A stretch of 63,943 bases of DNA, filler included, from Lama guanicoe (GCA_013239625.1; 202 parts of 202 records of this genome joined end to end with filler, not necessarily neighbours in it); one strand, 5' to 3'; counted from the whole stretch's first letter, positions 50,934 to 63,527 are shown. The notes: generated by a model from the letters alone, not told the origin. Numbers and translations: made by a program.

Positions 50934-53252
50934 NNNNNNNNNNNNNNNNNNNNNNNNNNNNNNNNNNNNNNNNNNNNTTAATTAATTAANNNNNNNNNNN
51001 NNNNNNNNNNNNNNNNNNNNNNNNNNNNNNNNNTCATTTTGTGTATGTTTTAAAATTCCTGCTTATTTGAAACTGCAAATCAACAATGATAACTGAAGTT
51101 AATCCAGAATTAAATTTAGTTGACAGCCTTCAAAATGCTGCTCTGTCACTTAACGTGGACTTTGGAAACTTTGCGTACCAGTTACTCTGCCTGTCCGTCG
51201 AGTTGTATCCGAAGATTGCAAATGGATCTGTTCCTCATTGTGCTTCACATNNNNNNNNNNNNNNNNNNNNNNNNNNNNNNNNNNNNNNNNNNNNTTAATT
51301 AATTAANNNNNNNNNNNNNNNNNNNNNNNNNNNNNNNNNNNNNNNNNNNNTAAACACTCTGAATCTTCAATGAGTGGTCCTTTAAGAAGTTTATTCTCTG
51401 TGAGTAAATTTCAATTCCTCAACAAAATTTTAAACAAGTTCAAAATATAATCATATATGTCATTCCCTTCTTAGCATTTATCTCTGAATTTTCACCTTTT
51501 TAACATTTTAAAATGAATTGTAATCCTGGTTCATGCACCCGACTGACAGAACTGGAAATTACAGTTANNNNNNNNNNNNNNNNNNNNNNNNNNNNNNNNN
51601 NNNNNNNNNNNTTAATTAATTAANNNNNNNNNNNNNNNNNNNNNNNNNNNNNNNNNNNNNNNNNNNNAGCCTTGGGATCTAAAAGACTCTGGGACACAAA
51701 TATTGGGGGTTGTGGAGTATAGCAGTTTGCTCATGTTAACTTAGGAAGGAACTGAGGGCGGGGTAAATCAGTAGAGCCATTCACATGACTTGTGGGTTAT
51801 GACCATCTTCCATTTTGGGCCTGGATGCTGGATAAGTGGTTTAACATTTATTACCTATTCTGTAAAATTGCTTAGTTTTTCTACNNNNNNNNNNNNNNNN
51901 NNNNNNNNNNNNNNNNNNNNNNNNNNNNTTAATTAATTAANNNNNNNNNNNNNNNNNNNNNNNNNNNNNNNNNNNNNNNNNNNNAAAATTTTGATGTTTT
52001 CACTGCTGCATGAGTTTGAGCAAGAGGAAGGCAGGAATTGAGAAAAGGCAAATGTTCAGTGTCATTGAGACTGGGAGAATCGCTTAACGTTGGGAATAAA
52101 TGTCCTTCCTTTTCAAGCTAACTAGGTGACAGGGACAGGGGAGAGTCCTTTTTCTGACTTGTCTGCGTGGCTTGGAAACTTGACTTTGAGAGACTGATTG
52201 CNNNNNNNNNNNNNNNNNNNNNNNNNNNNNNNNNNNNNNNNNNNNTTAATTAATTAANNNNNNNNNNNNNNNNNNNNNNNNNNNNNNNNNNNNNNNNNNN
52301 NCTTTGGTTTGACCATATTCTACCTTATAATGCCTTATGATGTGTATGACGGTCCAGCTGCGTAATAGGCAGGCCCAGCACGAAACAAAAGTCCAGATCC
52401 CCTGTCCAGCAATTGTGATTTTCAAGACGGCAACAGCCGAGCAGGAGACCAAATAGAGGCTGCTACGTTCACCGTCTCTTTCTCACGCCTGCTTAAAATC
52501 TTTAAAGACAGAATCTTTNNNNNNNNNNNNNNNNNNNNNNNNNNNNNNNNNNNNNNNNNNNNTTAATTAATTAANNNNNNNNNNNNNNNNNNNNNNNNNN
52601 NNNNNNNNNNNNNNNNNNTGGCCCTGCCACACTCATCCATTATATCTATTGAAAAGTAGCAATAAAAGTTCCCACTTATATAGAAGTTGCCCTTCCGACA
52701 CCAATATCAAGTTGTGATGTGTCTTCTAATGTGGGATTCGACATTAGTCCTTTATCCAAACCTTTCCTTTTGCCTACCCAAAATATCAGCAGAGCCAGCA
52801 AGTAAAAAAATTCCTTCTCTCTAACAAGTTTCCTGNNNNNNNNNNNNNNNNNNNNNNNNNNNNNNNNNNNNNNNNNNNNTTAATTAATTAANNNNNNNNN
52901 NNNNNNNNNNNNNNNNNNNNNNNNNNNNNNNNNNNTTTTTTTTTGCCCATTCAGAAAAGTCTGTCCACCTAGCTTTTCTCTAGACTTTGTTGTCACCAGT
53001 TTTCCAATCATGTTTTTGCCAAGTCCCTGACTATCAAGCCAAACCATGGACCACAGCCCATGAATTAGTGTAATTGCATGTCTTGCTGTTTCTCCTCCCT
53101 AGCTGTGAGATAACAGAATGAATATTATATATACATCTCTGACCCAGGTTCCNNNNNNNNNNNNNNNNNNNNNNNNNNNNNNNNNNNNNNNNNNNNTTAA
53201 TTAATTAANNNNNNNNNNNNNNNNNNNNNNNNNNNNNNNNNNNNNNNNNNNN

Positions 53253-53445
53253 ACTTATGAAACTGTGTAGATGGGCTTATAAATGCATAAAGATGTAATT
53301 TTTATGATAGTGACAGAATGAGGAGGGGGAGGGAAAGATTGATACCAAAGCAAAGCTTTCTGTGTACTATTAAATTAAGTTGGCATTAATAAGAACTAGA
53401 TTGCTTTAAAACAAGATGTTAATTATAATCTCCAGGACAACTGAA
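53253..53445 (+). mobile_element. Old L1 (L1M) fragment
   Basis: aaattaagttggcattaataagaactagattgctttaaaacaagatgttaattataatctccagg. Confidence 0.55.
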
Positions 53446-56400
53446 GAAGGAGAGGAGGAGGAGGAGGGGNNNNNNNNNNNNNNNNNNNNNNNNNNNNNNN
53501 NNNNNNNNNNNNNTTAATTAATTAANNNNNNNNNNNNNNNNNNNNNNNNNNNNNNNNNNNNNNNNNNNNTTGTAGGAAAAACTCTGGGGACTCAAAGGAC
53601 CAAATATGGCGTGTTTGGGCCCTGCATCTTCTAGCCTGGGTGATAGCCGTCCCCGTAGTCACAGCTGCAGTCTTCTCCCTGCAGTGCCCCCGTCCCCCAA
53701 GGAGGCGCGGGTCCAGGTCTGCCTCTGGGCTGTCCAGTCCAACCTGCACGTACTGTGTTTGGTCTGCTCTCCAGCTGAGGGGGCCCNNNNNNNNNNNNNN
53801 NNNNNNNNNNNNNNNNNNNNNNNNNNNNNNTTAATTAATTAANNNNNNNNNNNNNNNNNNNNNNNNNNNNNNNNNNNNNNNNNNNNTGGACTCTTCCTCT
53901 TTCTTTCTCCCTTGAATTCACCATGGCCCGGCTGTATCCCCCACCCGACGGCCACTGTTCCTCTCCTTTCTGGCAGTTCTCTCCTGGGGCTGGGAATCTC
54001 TCCTGCTGGGGCCACATCAGTCCTGGGACAGTGACAGCTCCATTACTGCACTACCCCTTGTGGTCCCTCATGCCCTGCCCACTCTTTGAAGACAAAGCCT
54101 CCTNNNNNNNNNNNNNNNNNNNNNNNNNNNNNNNNNNNNNNNNNNNNTTAATTAATTAANNNNNNNNNNNNNNNNNNNNNNNNNNNNNNNNNNNNNNNNN
54201 NNNCGCAAAGCTCCCTGGTGTTCTGCAGAGAGACAGCCCGCCAGCTCCACCGCGGCATCTGTGCAAATGAGGGTGGGGGCCAGAGTGCACGCAGGACCTG
54301 ACTTGTACCTAGAAGGGACTAAACAGATGTTGAAGGTTTGCCCTTAGTGTTCCCCAAATAGGTTACTACTCCTCTGGTACACACCAGAGTGAGCCAGACC
54401 TTCCTGTCTTCCACTGCACANNNNNNNNNNNNNNNNNNNNNNNNNNNNNNNNNNNNNNNNNNNNTTAATTAATTAANNNNNNNNNNNNNNNNNNNNNNNN
54501 NNNNNNNNNNNNNNNNNNNNGACGTCACTGGCATGGCAAGAGGAGGTAAACAACCTGCTAACCTCCAGCGCAGACTCATCCAGTGACTCGCGGCAGCTCC
54601 ATTACCTTAATGTAGTTCAAAGTATTTTGTATAAAAAAGGTTTCTCAAACCTCACCTGAGTGTCGATTTGAAAAAGAAAATGGAGTAGTGTAAAATTATT
54701 CAGTAAATTTATTATGAAAAATGCATTTATTCTGATGNNNNNNNNNNNNNNNNNNNNNNNNNNNNNNNNNNNNNNNNNNNNTTAATTAATTAANNNNNNN
54801 NNNNNNNNNNNNNNNNNNNNNNNNNNNNNNNNNNNNNGATCTGGCTTTTTACCGGATGCCCGGGCACCACACTAGTTTAGCAGGCAGTGCTTTGAGCGGT
54901 GCTTGGAACCTCCCCTCCAAGAACAGGCTCCCGCCACCAGTCAGGCCCTACAACTCGGATTCAGGATCTCAAGGAGGTCTGATCTTCAAATCAGAGCTGC
55001 CCCCGTGGCACTTCCTTCTGTAACTCCTAAAACAACTGCAAACGGAAAACGGTTNNNNNNNNNNNNNNNNNNNNNNNNNNNNNNNNNNNNNNNNNNNNTT
55101 AATTAATTAANNNNNNNNNNNNNNNNNNNNNNNNNNNNNNNNNNNNNNNNNNNNACCTCCAGAAAATACATTTACATACATAGGCTTTTAAAACCCTCTA
55201 TACTCTCTGTACCTACAGTATTGGTTTTTAAACTACGTAAGTATACAAATTCATACACACACACGTTTGAAGATGACTAAAGAAAATACCTCGGCATTCA
55301 CTTTCTTATTAGACTTTTCTGTCTCCTTTTGTTGGGAAAGACGATGGGCCAGGATTTCATCTTGTATTACTNNNNNNNNNNNNNNNNNNNNNNNNNNNNN
55401 NNNNNNNNNNNNNNNTTAATTAATTAANNNNNNNNNNNNNNNNNNNNNNNNNNNNNNNNNNNNNNNNNNNNACTAGGAGTTCACAGGGTGAAGACATTTT
55501 CCCAACTCCATCAAAAAGTTCCTCATTTGAACTTTCCTTTTATCTTCTCTTTGATGTCAGAGTGAACTGTCTTGCTACTCATGAGAGAATTTCATAGACA
55601 GGCTGAGGAATAAGAAATGAACAACCTTCCATGCTTTCCGGAAATGGTTCTTCAATGACAACTAATGTGAAAAGTATGCCTAAAAAAANNNNNNNNNNNN
55701 NNNNNNNNNNNNNNNNNNNNNNNNNNNNNNNNTTAATTAATTAANNNNNNNNNNNNNNNNNNNNNNNNNNNNNNNNNNNNNNNNNNNNGGCTGGGTGTCG
55801 CAGGGACCCTTTGTCCCATTTAACTCAGTTCTGTCGGTCAAAGGGTGCTCAGGGCAGATCTGAGCCTTGGAGGCTACCCCTCCGTCCCACTGGCCTCTCC
55901 GTTGGAGAGGGGAGACCCAGCGAACAAGAGCCTGTCCTCCTTTGCTGCTCCCTCTGTGCAGGATCGGTCCCGCACTGTTTTGCTTTTTCTTCTTTCTTTT
56001 TTCCTNNNNNNNNNNNNNNNNNNNNNNNNNNNNNNNNNNNNNNNNNNNNTTAATTAATTAANNNNNNNNNNNNNNNNNNNNNNNNNNNNNNNNNNNNNNN
56101 NNNNNAATCTTGAGCTCAAGTCGAAACTACCTCTAAACACATTTTCCTAAAGAATCAGCACTTTTCTCCAGAATCCGTTTACTTCTCTGTGGCTCGCCGG
56201 TAGTGAGCCTTGGGTTTAGTGATTCACCTAACTCTGGGTTTTGCTCTTCTGTTTATGTCCCTGTTTGGAATATATCCACCAAGCTGGGTGTTAGTCCCCA
56301 CGGCCAAAGCAAGTCGATGTGTNNNNNNNNNNNNNNNNNNNNNNNNNNNNNNNNNNNNNNNNNNNNTTAATTAATTAANNNNNNNNNNNNNNNNNNNNNN

Positions 56401-56739
56401 NNNNNNNNNNNNNNNNNNNNNNCTGGTAGCCTCCAACAGCAGCTGTTACAGACACTTATGGTTCAGAGAGACGCCTCACACTCAGAAAGAATTTCTCTGC
56501 AGGAGTGGTCAGGCCTTGAGATACAGAAAGTGCTTATTGGGCAGCTGCTGGGTATTTCAAGTCACTGGACAGTGCCTGGGGTGTGGGGAACTTTTTGCGC
56601 ATTTCAGGGCACTTTTCCCCCTTAATTCTCCCCACGCCANNNNNNNNNNNNNNNNNNNNNNNNNNNNNNNNNNNNNNNNNNNNTTAATTAATTAANNNNN
56701 NNNNNNNNNNNNNNNNNNNNNNNNNNNNNNNNNNNNNNN

Positions 56740-56956
56740 TATCAATTTCTGGTGTACAGCACAATACTTCAGTCACACAGGAACATACCTACATTTGTTC
56801 TCATATTTTTCTTCACCATAGGTTACTACAAGATATTGAATATAGTTCCCTAGGCTATACAGTAAAAACTTGTTGTTTATCTATTTTATATATATTAGTC
56901 AGTATCTGTGAACGTGGAGATTGTCATTCTAAGTGAAGTAAGCCAGAAAGAGAAAG
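56740..56956. mobile_element. L1 3' region containing an inversion junction near 56910
   Basis: 56740-56908 is antisense L1 3' UTR. 56912-56956 is sense L1 (gagattgtcattctaagtgaagtaagccagaaagagaaag). Confidence 0.8.
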
Positions 56957-57430
56957 NNNNNNNNNNNNNNNNNNNNNNNNNNNNNNNNNNNNNNNNNNNN
57001 TTAATTAATTAANNNNNNNNNNNNNNNNNNNNNNNNNNNNNNNNNNNNNNNNNNNNGGCTGACATGGTCCCACCCTGTCTACTTTCCAGCAGCCCTTCTG
57101 CATCCTTCACGGCCTCCGGGTCCATGGGACCCCATGTCTGGATCTGGAAGCTGGTATGCAGCCCAGAGAGAGGTGGGGAGCAGCCCCTGTGTAGAAGTCA
57201 TCTATCTCAGGTCTAAGAAGCAGTGTGTCCCAGGGCACCACCGACAATGGTCACCAGGCATCTGACCACCTGANNNNNNNNNNNNNNNNNNNNNNNNNNN
57301 NNNNNNNNNNNNNNNNNTTAATTAATTAANNNNNNNNNNNNNNNNNNNNNNNNNNNNNNNNNNNNNNNNNNNNCCCACAGAACCCACCTGGGCCGCTGAC
57401 AACATCAGGATGTGGAACCTCCACTCTGGT

Positions 57431-57590
57431 CAGTGCTCTGGGTGCAAGTTAGAATCTCCTGGGGAGAATGTAAAACATACTCATGCGTTGCCCCTGCTCC
57501 AAAGAAACGGATTTAGTTGGTCTAGGGGTGGGACTAGGTTTGGTCTATTTCAGAAGCCCTGAGGTGGCATTCTAGTGCAGCCAGGGCTGA
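57431..57590. mobile_element. MER5-like (hAT-Charlie) fragment
   Basis: ttagaatctcctgggga...gatttagttggtctaggggtggg...aggtggcattctagtgcagccagggctga. Confidence 0.75.
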
Positions 57591-58007
57591 NNNNNNNNNN
57601 NNNNNNNNNNNNNNNNNNNNNNNNNNNNNNNNNNTTAATTAATTAANNNNNNNNNNNNNNNNNNNNNNNNNNNNNNNNNNNNNNNNNNNNTCTCTCTCTC
57701 TCTCTCCCTCTCTCTCTCCTTTCTTCCTTTCCTTTCTCCTCTTTGACCTCTGTGCAGAACCATCTCCCCCAGACTGTACCATAAGGTACCAGGGATTTTA
57801 TGGACAACCCTTGACCGGTGCCCATTCCCAGTTCAGTTCACGGCCACCCCAAATTAAAGCCAACCTAGAGCTCTCTGAGCTAAGAACTTCCACCTGGAGA
57901 AATCATGNNNNNNNNNNNNNNNNNNNNNNNNNNNNNNNNNNNNNNNNNNNNTTAATTAATTAANNNNNNNNNNNNNNNNNNNNNNNNNNNNNNNNNNNNN
58001 NNNNNNN

Positions 58008-58224
58008 GTCTCGCTGGAGGTTTACAGGGACGCCAGGACCTGACCCACGCGGACAGCGGACAAGCGGCAAGAACAAAGGATTCAGACACCAGGAAGTTTG
58101 CAACAACCAACCAAACTTTTAGTACAAAAGGGGCCTGAGTTCTGACTTGGGGAAGATGGTTCTCCAGGACATTAACTCCCATCTTCTCAGTCTGCTGGCT
58201 TTCTGAATAAAATTGTTATTCTTT
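58008..58224 (+). mobile_element. ERV LTR fragment (U3/R)
   Basis: Homologous to the reverse complement of 6079-6239; AATAAA near the contig end. Confidence 0.7.
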
Positions 58225-58959
58225 NNNNNNNNNNNNNNNNNNNNNNNNNNNNNNNNNNNNNNNNNNNNTTAATTAATTAANNNNNNNNNNNNNNNNNNNN
58301 NNNNNNNNNNNNNNNNNNNNNNNNAGCTTTGGTAAATGACTTGTTTAGGAGTCTTTGTTTGTTAAATATGTAAAATAATTCATGAGAAACGTATTACCTA
58401 GATACTGCAGTGTCTGATCACTCAAGGGGCATAAAAATGGTATCAATAAAGAGTCATGGGAGATTGAAATGTATCTGAATACTTTATCTCTTAAAAAAAT
58501 TGAAGCAAATATTGAAAAATGTTAAGATTTCTTTTAACTAANNNNNNNNNNNNNNNNNNNNNNNNNNNNNNNNNNNNNNNNNNNNTTAATTAATTAANNN
58601 NNNNNNNNNNNNNNNNNNNNNNNNNNNNNNNNNNNNNNNNNAGTGGCTGGGCTCCAGGTGCGATAGCAGAGCCGGGGCCGGGCCCGGAGCACCCTCCTGC
58701 CCAGTGGCCGATAAGGAGGCCAGCAGAGGGGGCTGGACAGGGGGGCCAGGGGCCGGCCCGCCCCCACTAAGTGACTGTGTGACCTTGAGCTGGCCCCCCA
58801 CCTCTCGGGACCCCACTGCTGTAAATGACCGCGGCCCTGAGCCCCGCGGCTCACTGTATNNNNNNNNNNNNNNNNNNNNNNNNNNNNNNNNNNNNNNNNN
58901 NNNTTAATTAATTAANNNNNNNNNNNNNNNNNNNNNNNNNNNNNNNNNNNNNNNNNNNN

Positions 58960-59176
58960 TGTGTGCTGTACAGTAGGACCTTATTGTTTACCTATTTTAT
59001 ATACAGTAGTGGGTATATGTTAATCCCAAACTCCTCATTTATCCCTCCCCACCCTTTCCCCTTTGGTAACCGTAGTTTTGTTTTCTATGTCTGTGAATCT
59101 ATTACTAGTTAGTAAATAAAACTTGGGTTTTTTTTTAGATTTCACATATAAGTGATATCATTTGATATTTGTCTTT
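58960..59176 (-). mobile_element. L1 3' UTR fragment
   Basis: gtgctgtacagtaggacctt...ccctttcccctttggtaacc...agatttcacatataagtgatatca. Confidence 0.9.
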
Positions 59177-59911
59177 NNNNNNNNNNNNNNNNNNNNNNNN
59201 NNNNNNNNNNNNNNNNNNNNTTAATTAATTAANNNNNNNNNNNNNNNNNNNNNNNNNNNNNNNNNNNNNNNNNNNNAAATCCCAGTCAGTGTCTGGTTTC
59301 TCTGACCACTACCAGGATAGCAGTTCGGTTTCCTGGGGAAGCAGACCCATTTTATGGGAGGGTACAGATACTAAATATGTATGCAAGTAAATCCATAAGA
59401 TCATTTCAGAAATTTAGTAATGAGTACATTATTTGTATAATTTAGTTCACTTATTAGGCATCATCAGTTCTATGCATATTCTAAGTACTGAGTGNNNNNN
59501 NNNNNNNNNNNNNNNNNNNNNNNNNNNNNNNNNNNNNNTTAATTAATTAANNNNNNNNNNNNNNNNNNNNNNNNNNNNNNNNNNNNNNNNNNNNCGCAGG
59601 CTTTCCTGGGAGGCCCAGTCCTTCCTTGCTGCCCTGTCTGCAGCCGCCCCGCCCCCTGGGCATAGCGCGCCAGCATCCCTGGAGCCATCAAACACGGGGA
59701 AGTGCACCCAGTGAAGCTGTGTTAGCAGATGGCGCCCTCAGAGAAGGCTGAGGGGGACACGCTAGGAATCCAAAGCTTACTTCCGCAGCCCCCGCCCCTC
59801 GCTGCCGCACTNNNNNNNNNNNNNNNNNNNNNNNNNNNNNNNNNNNNNNNNNNNNTTAATTAATTAANNNNNNNNNNNNNNNNNNNNNNNNNNNNNNNNN
59901 NNNNNNNNNNN

Positions 59912-60447
59912 AAGCATTTCAGAAGAAAGACAAAGTATAAACCAAGGCACAGAAACAAAAAGAACTGTAACAGAGGTTTGGGACACAAGGAATGATGGAT
60001 GTGGGCTTCAAAATAGGGTTCAGGTAAGCAATGAGCAGTCAGTGATTTACAACATCAGCTTTGGAATGAAGCTGTCTGGATGCAAATTCCAGAATGACCA
60101 CTTGTTAGCTGTGGGAAACTGCCAATGATNNNNNNNNNNNNNNNNNNNNNNNNNNNNNNNNNNNNNNNNNNNNTTAATTAATTAANNNNNNNNNNNNNNN
60201 NNNNNNNNNNNNNNNNNNNNNNNNNNNNNAAGCATTTCAGAAGAAAGACAAAGTATAAACCAAGGCACAGAAACAAAACGAACTATAACAGAGGTTTGGG
60301 ACACAAGGAATGATGGATGCGGGCTTCAAAATAGGGTTCAGGTAAACAATGAGCAGTCAGTGATTTACAACATCAGCTTTGGAATGAAGCTGTCCAGTTG
60401 CAAATTCCAGAATGACCACTTGTTAGCTGTGGGAAACTGCCAATGAT
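59912..60447. repeat. Near-identical contig pair (59912-60129 / 60230-60447), assembly bubble
   Basis: 7 substitutions; 49 identical bases at each end. Confidence 0.95.
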
Positions 60448-61182
60448 NNNNNNNNNNNNNNNNNNNNNNNNNNNNNNNNNNNNNNNNNNNNTTAATTAAT
60501 TAANNNNNNNNNNNNNNNNNNNNNNNNNNNNNNNNNNNNNNNNNNNNGTGCAAAATAAAACACTAAATTACGAGTCTGACTCAACATACGGTGGGGAAGG
60601 GCTTTCCTTTCCCAGTAAGAGATTGGATCACACGCTTCCCCAGCCAATGTCTGATCCCAAACAGGGGATAACGGTTTCTCAGTACCCAGTCGGAGGCCAA
60701 GAGGGAAACCAGGGAGATTTACACAGTCACGCAAAGGTTGTTTTCTCATCAAGAGCTAAAGCCANNNNNNNNNNNNNNNNNNNNNNNNNNNNNNNNNNNN
60801 NNNNNNNNTTAATTAATTAANNNNNNNNNNNNNNNNNNNNNNNNNNNNNNNNNNNNNNNNNNNNCCTGTTTGCTTACTTGCATCCACAGATAAGCCCGAG
60901 ACGGGTGCTTAGCACTTCCCCACTGGCCTGGGCCGGCGTCCCCCGCCAGGGGCTGACTGCCTCCCGGAGATCATCACAAACTTCCTTCTGTTTTCCAGCC
61001 AGGACCGTCCACTGCAAAGCAGTCTTGCTCTATTCTGATGCCCGTATGCCTCGTTTTGTTCTGGAATGTATCGTAAAACGACNNNNNNNNNNNNNNNNNN
61101 NNNNNNNNNNNNNNNNNNNNNNNNNNTTAATTAATTAANNNNNNNNNNNNNNNNNNNNNNNNNNNNNNNNNNNNNNNNNNNN

Positions 61183-61400
61183 TCAATTTCTTTTTCTGAT
61201 ATTTGTTGTTAGTGCGTAGAAATGCAGCAGACTTCTGTATGTTGATTTTGTATCCTCCAACTTCAAAGAACTCACTGATGAGCTCTAGTGGTTTTCTGTT
61301 GGCATCTTTAGGATTTTCTATGTGTAGTATCGTCATCTGCAAACAGGCAGTTTTTAATTCTTTCTTCCCTATTTGGATTCTTTTCATTTGTTTCTATTCT
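61183..61400 (-). mobile_element. L1 ORF2 reverse transcriptase fragment (decayed around the FADD motif)
   Basis: IQIGKKELK...ILHIENPKDANRKPLELISEFFEVGGYKINIQKSAAFLRTNN. Confidence 0.93.
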
Positions 61401-61818
61401 NNNNNNNNNNNNNNNNNNNNNNNNNNNNNNNNNNNNNNNNNNNNTTAATTAATTAANNNNNNNNNNNNNNNNNNNNNNNNNNNNNNNNNNNNNNNNNNNN
61501 AGCAGCAGCAAGGGGCTTGAGTGCAAAGGGGGTCTCCTTCCCACCCCAGGCCCCAGATCCTGCTGTAAATGGGTCCCAGTTGTCCTTCTAAAATGTTCAA
61601 TGCCTCCATAAGCAAACTGCATTTGTCTTGTAAGTGCTTTAGACAAATGGAAGCGTTCTGTGTGTGGCAGGGGCACCTGGCTCACCCCCTACCACTGCCA
61701 CCACACCATCACCCCCCANNNNNNNNNNNNNNNNNNNNNNNNNNNNNNNNNNNNNNNNNNNNTTAATTAATTAANNNNNNNNNNNNNNNNNNNNNNNNNN
61801 NNNNNNNNNNNNNNNNNN

Positions 61819-62035
61819 CATAAGATTGTTTACTATGTCTGTGAGTCTGTTTCTGTCTTGTAGATGACTTCATTAATATCCTTATTTTTACTTTCTTTTT
61901 TTAGATTCCACATATGAGTGATATCATATGGTATTTTTCGTTCTCTTTCTGTCTTATTCCACTTAGAATGATGATCTCCATGTCCGTCCTTGTTGCTGCA
62001 AATGGCATTATTTTATTCTTTTTATGGCTGAGTAG
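61819..62035 (-). mobile_element. L1 3' fragment
   Basis: ttagattccacatatgagtgatatcatatggtattt...gttgctgcaaatggcattattttattctttttatggctgagtag. Confidence 0.92.
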
Positions 62036-62199
62036 NNNNNNNNNNNNNNNNNNNNNNNNNNNNNNNNNNNNNNNNNNNNTTAATTAATTAANNNNNNNNN
62101 NNNNNNNNNNNNNNNNNNNNNNNNNNNNNNNNNNNTAGCCATTCCTTCCTTCTGGTCACCACCTAGCCTGAGGTCTTGTCATCCTTCTCATGTTGATTT

Positions 62200-62353
62200 C
62201 CTTTTTTATTTAAACAATTTTTATTGTGGTATGGTTCCTATACAGTAAACTAAACATATTTGAGATGTACACATTGATGAATTTTGATAGATATATACAC
62301 CCATGGAACTACTGCCACACACTTGATAGCTAACATTTCCAGCACTCCCCAAG
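62200..62353 (-). mobile_element. Old L1 (L1MA/MB-type) 3' end
   Basis: tgtacacattgatgaattttgatagatatatacacccatggaactactgcc...aacatttccagcactcccc. Confidence 0.7.
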
Positions 62354-62786
62354 NNNNNNNNNNNNNNNNNNNNNNNNNNNNNNNNNNNNNNNNNNNNTTA
62401 ATTAATTAANNNNNNNNNNNNNNNNNNNNNNNNNNNNNNNNNNNNNNNNNNNNTGGTCTCTGTTTATTCTTTTTCCACTTTTGTATAATTAATTAAATTT
62501 TCCTTTTTACCAAAGTAGTATAGTATAGAATTTAAAATCACATAATATTAAAGAGCTTATATTGAAAAACAGCAGCCCACTTTTTCCATCTATACATTCC
62601 CATCCCTACTGCCCCAGTCCCTTCCATCAAAGTCAACAGATTTTCAACTCTTAGCTTGAATAATTCTTAAANNNNNNNNNNNNNNNNNNNNNNNNNNNNN
62701 NNNNNNNNNNNNNNNTTAATTAATTAANNNNNNNNNNNNNNNNNNNNNNNNNNNNNNNNNNNNNNNNNNNNGGTAATTTTTTTCCT

Positions 62787-62891
62787 AAACATGGAACGCT
62801 TCATGAATCTGCATGTCATCCCTGCGCAGGGGCCGTGCTAATCCTCCCTGTGTGGCCCCAGTTTCAGTGTGCGTGCTGCCGAAGCCAGCAT
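62787..62891 (-). pseudogene. RNU6 (pseudogene): Full-length U6 snRNA processed pseudogene, haplotype A
   Basis: Ungapped match to the U6 reverse complement (atggaacgcttca.gaat.tgc.tgtcatcc.tgcgcaggggcc.tgctaatc...gtgctgccgaagc.agca) with ~19 differences in 105 nt. The ACAGAGA box is mutated. Confidence 0.95.
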
Positions 62892-63422
62892 GGATTATAT
62901 GGTAATTCTGTGTTTTGTTTTGGTTTGTTGAGGATCATCATAACTTTTAAGAATGGCAAATAAAAGTCTGGTGAAATTTCTGTACATAANNNNNNNNNNN
63001 NNNNNNNNNNNNNNNNNNNNNNNNNNNNNNNNNTTAATTAATTAANNNNNNNNNNNNNNNNNNNNNNNNNNNNNNNNNNNNNNNNNNNNAGTGGAGAAGG
63101 TGACAAATAAGACGTGACTGAATTCTGGGTTTTCTGTCAGATTGGATGTGATGCTTGAGAGAAAGTAAGCTCTCAGTATTCTCATGTTTGTGTCCTAAAC
63201 AAACAGAAGGATGTGTGTTCTCTCCATCGGGAAGGGAAAGACGGGTTAAACAGATCAAGGGGCAGAAGACCAGGAGTCTACCTTGGAGGCCGTGAGCTGA
63301 CAATCAGNNNNNNNNNNNNNNNNNNNNNNNNNNNNNNNNNNNNNNNNNNNNTTAATTAATTAANNNNNNNNNNNNNNNNNNNNNNNNNNNNNNNNNNNNN
63401 NNNNNNNGGTAATTTTTTTCCT

Positions 63423-63527
63423 AAACATGGAACGCTTCATGAATCTGCATGTCATCTCTGTGCAGGGGCCGTGCTAATCCTCCCTGTGTGGCCCCAGTTT
63501 CAGTGTGCGCACTGCCGAAGCCAGCAT
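63423..63527 (-). pseudogene. RNU6 (pseudogene): U6 snRNA processed pseudogene, haplotype B
   Basis: Contig 63408-63625 differs from 62772-62989 by 6 substitutions, with 49 identical bases at each end. Confidence 0.95.

Noticed and set aside
59722..59736. CTCF-like motif TTAGCAGATGGCGCC (a similar motif occurs near 47970)
   Set aside because: A partial motif match is expected by chance in ~44 kb and cannot be supported without ChIP or conservation data.
62787..62891. Functional U6 snRNA gene
   Set aside because: About 18% diverged from an otherwise near-invariant RNA, with a mutated ACAGAGA box. The upstream sequence is L1-like, with no evident PSE/TATA promoter.
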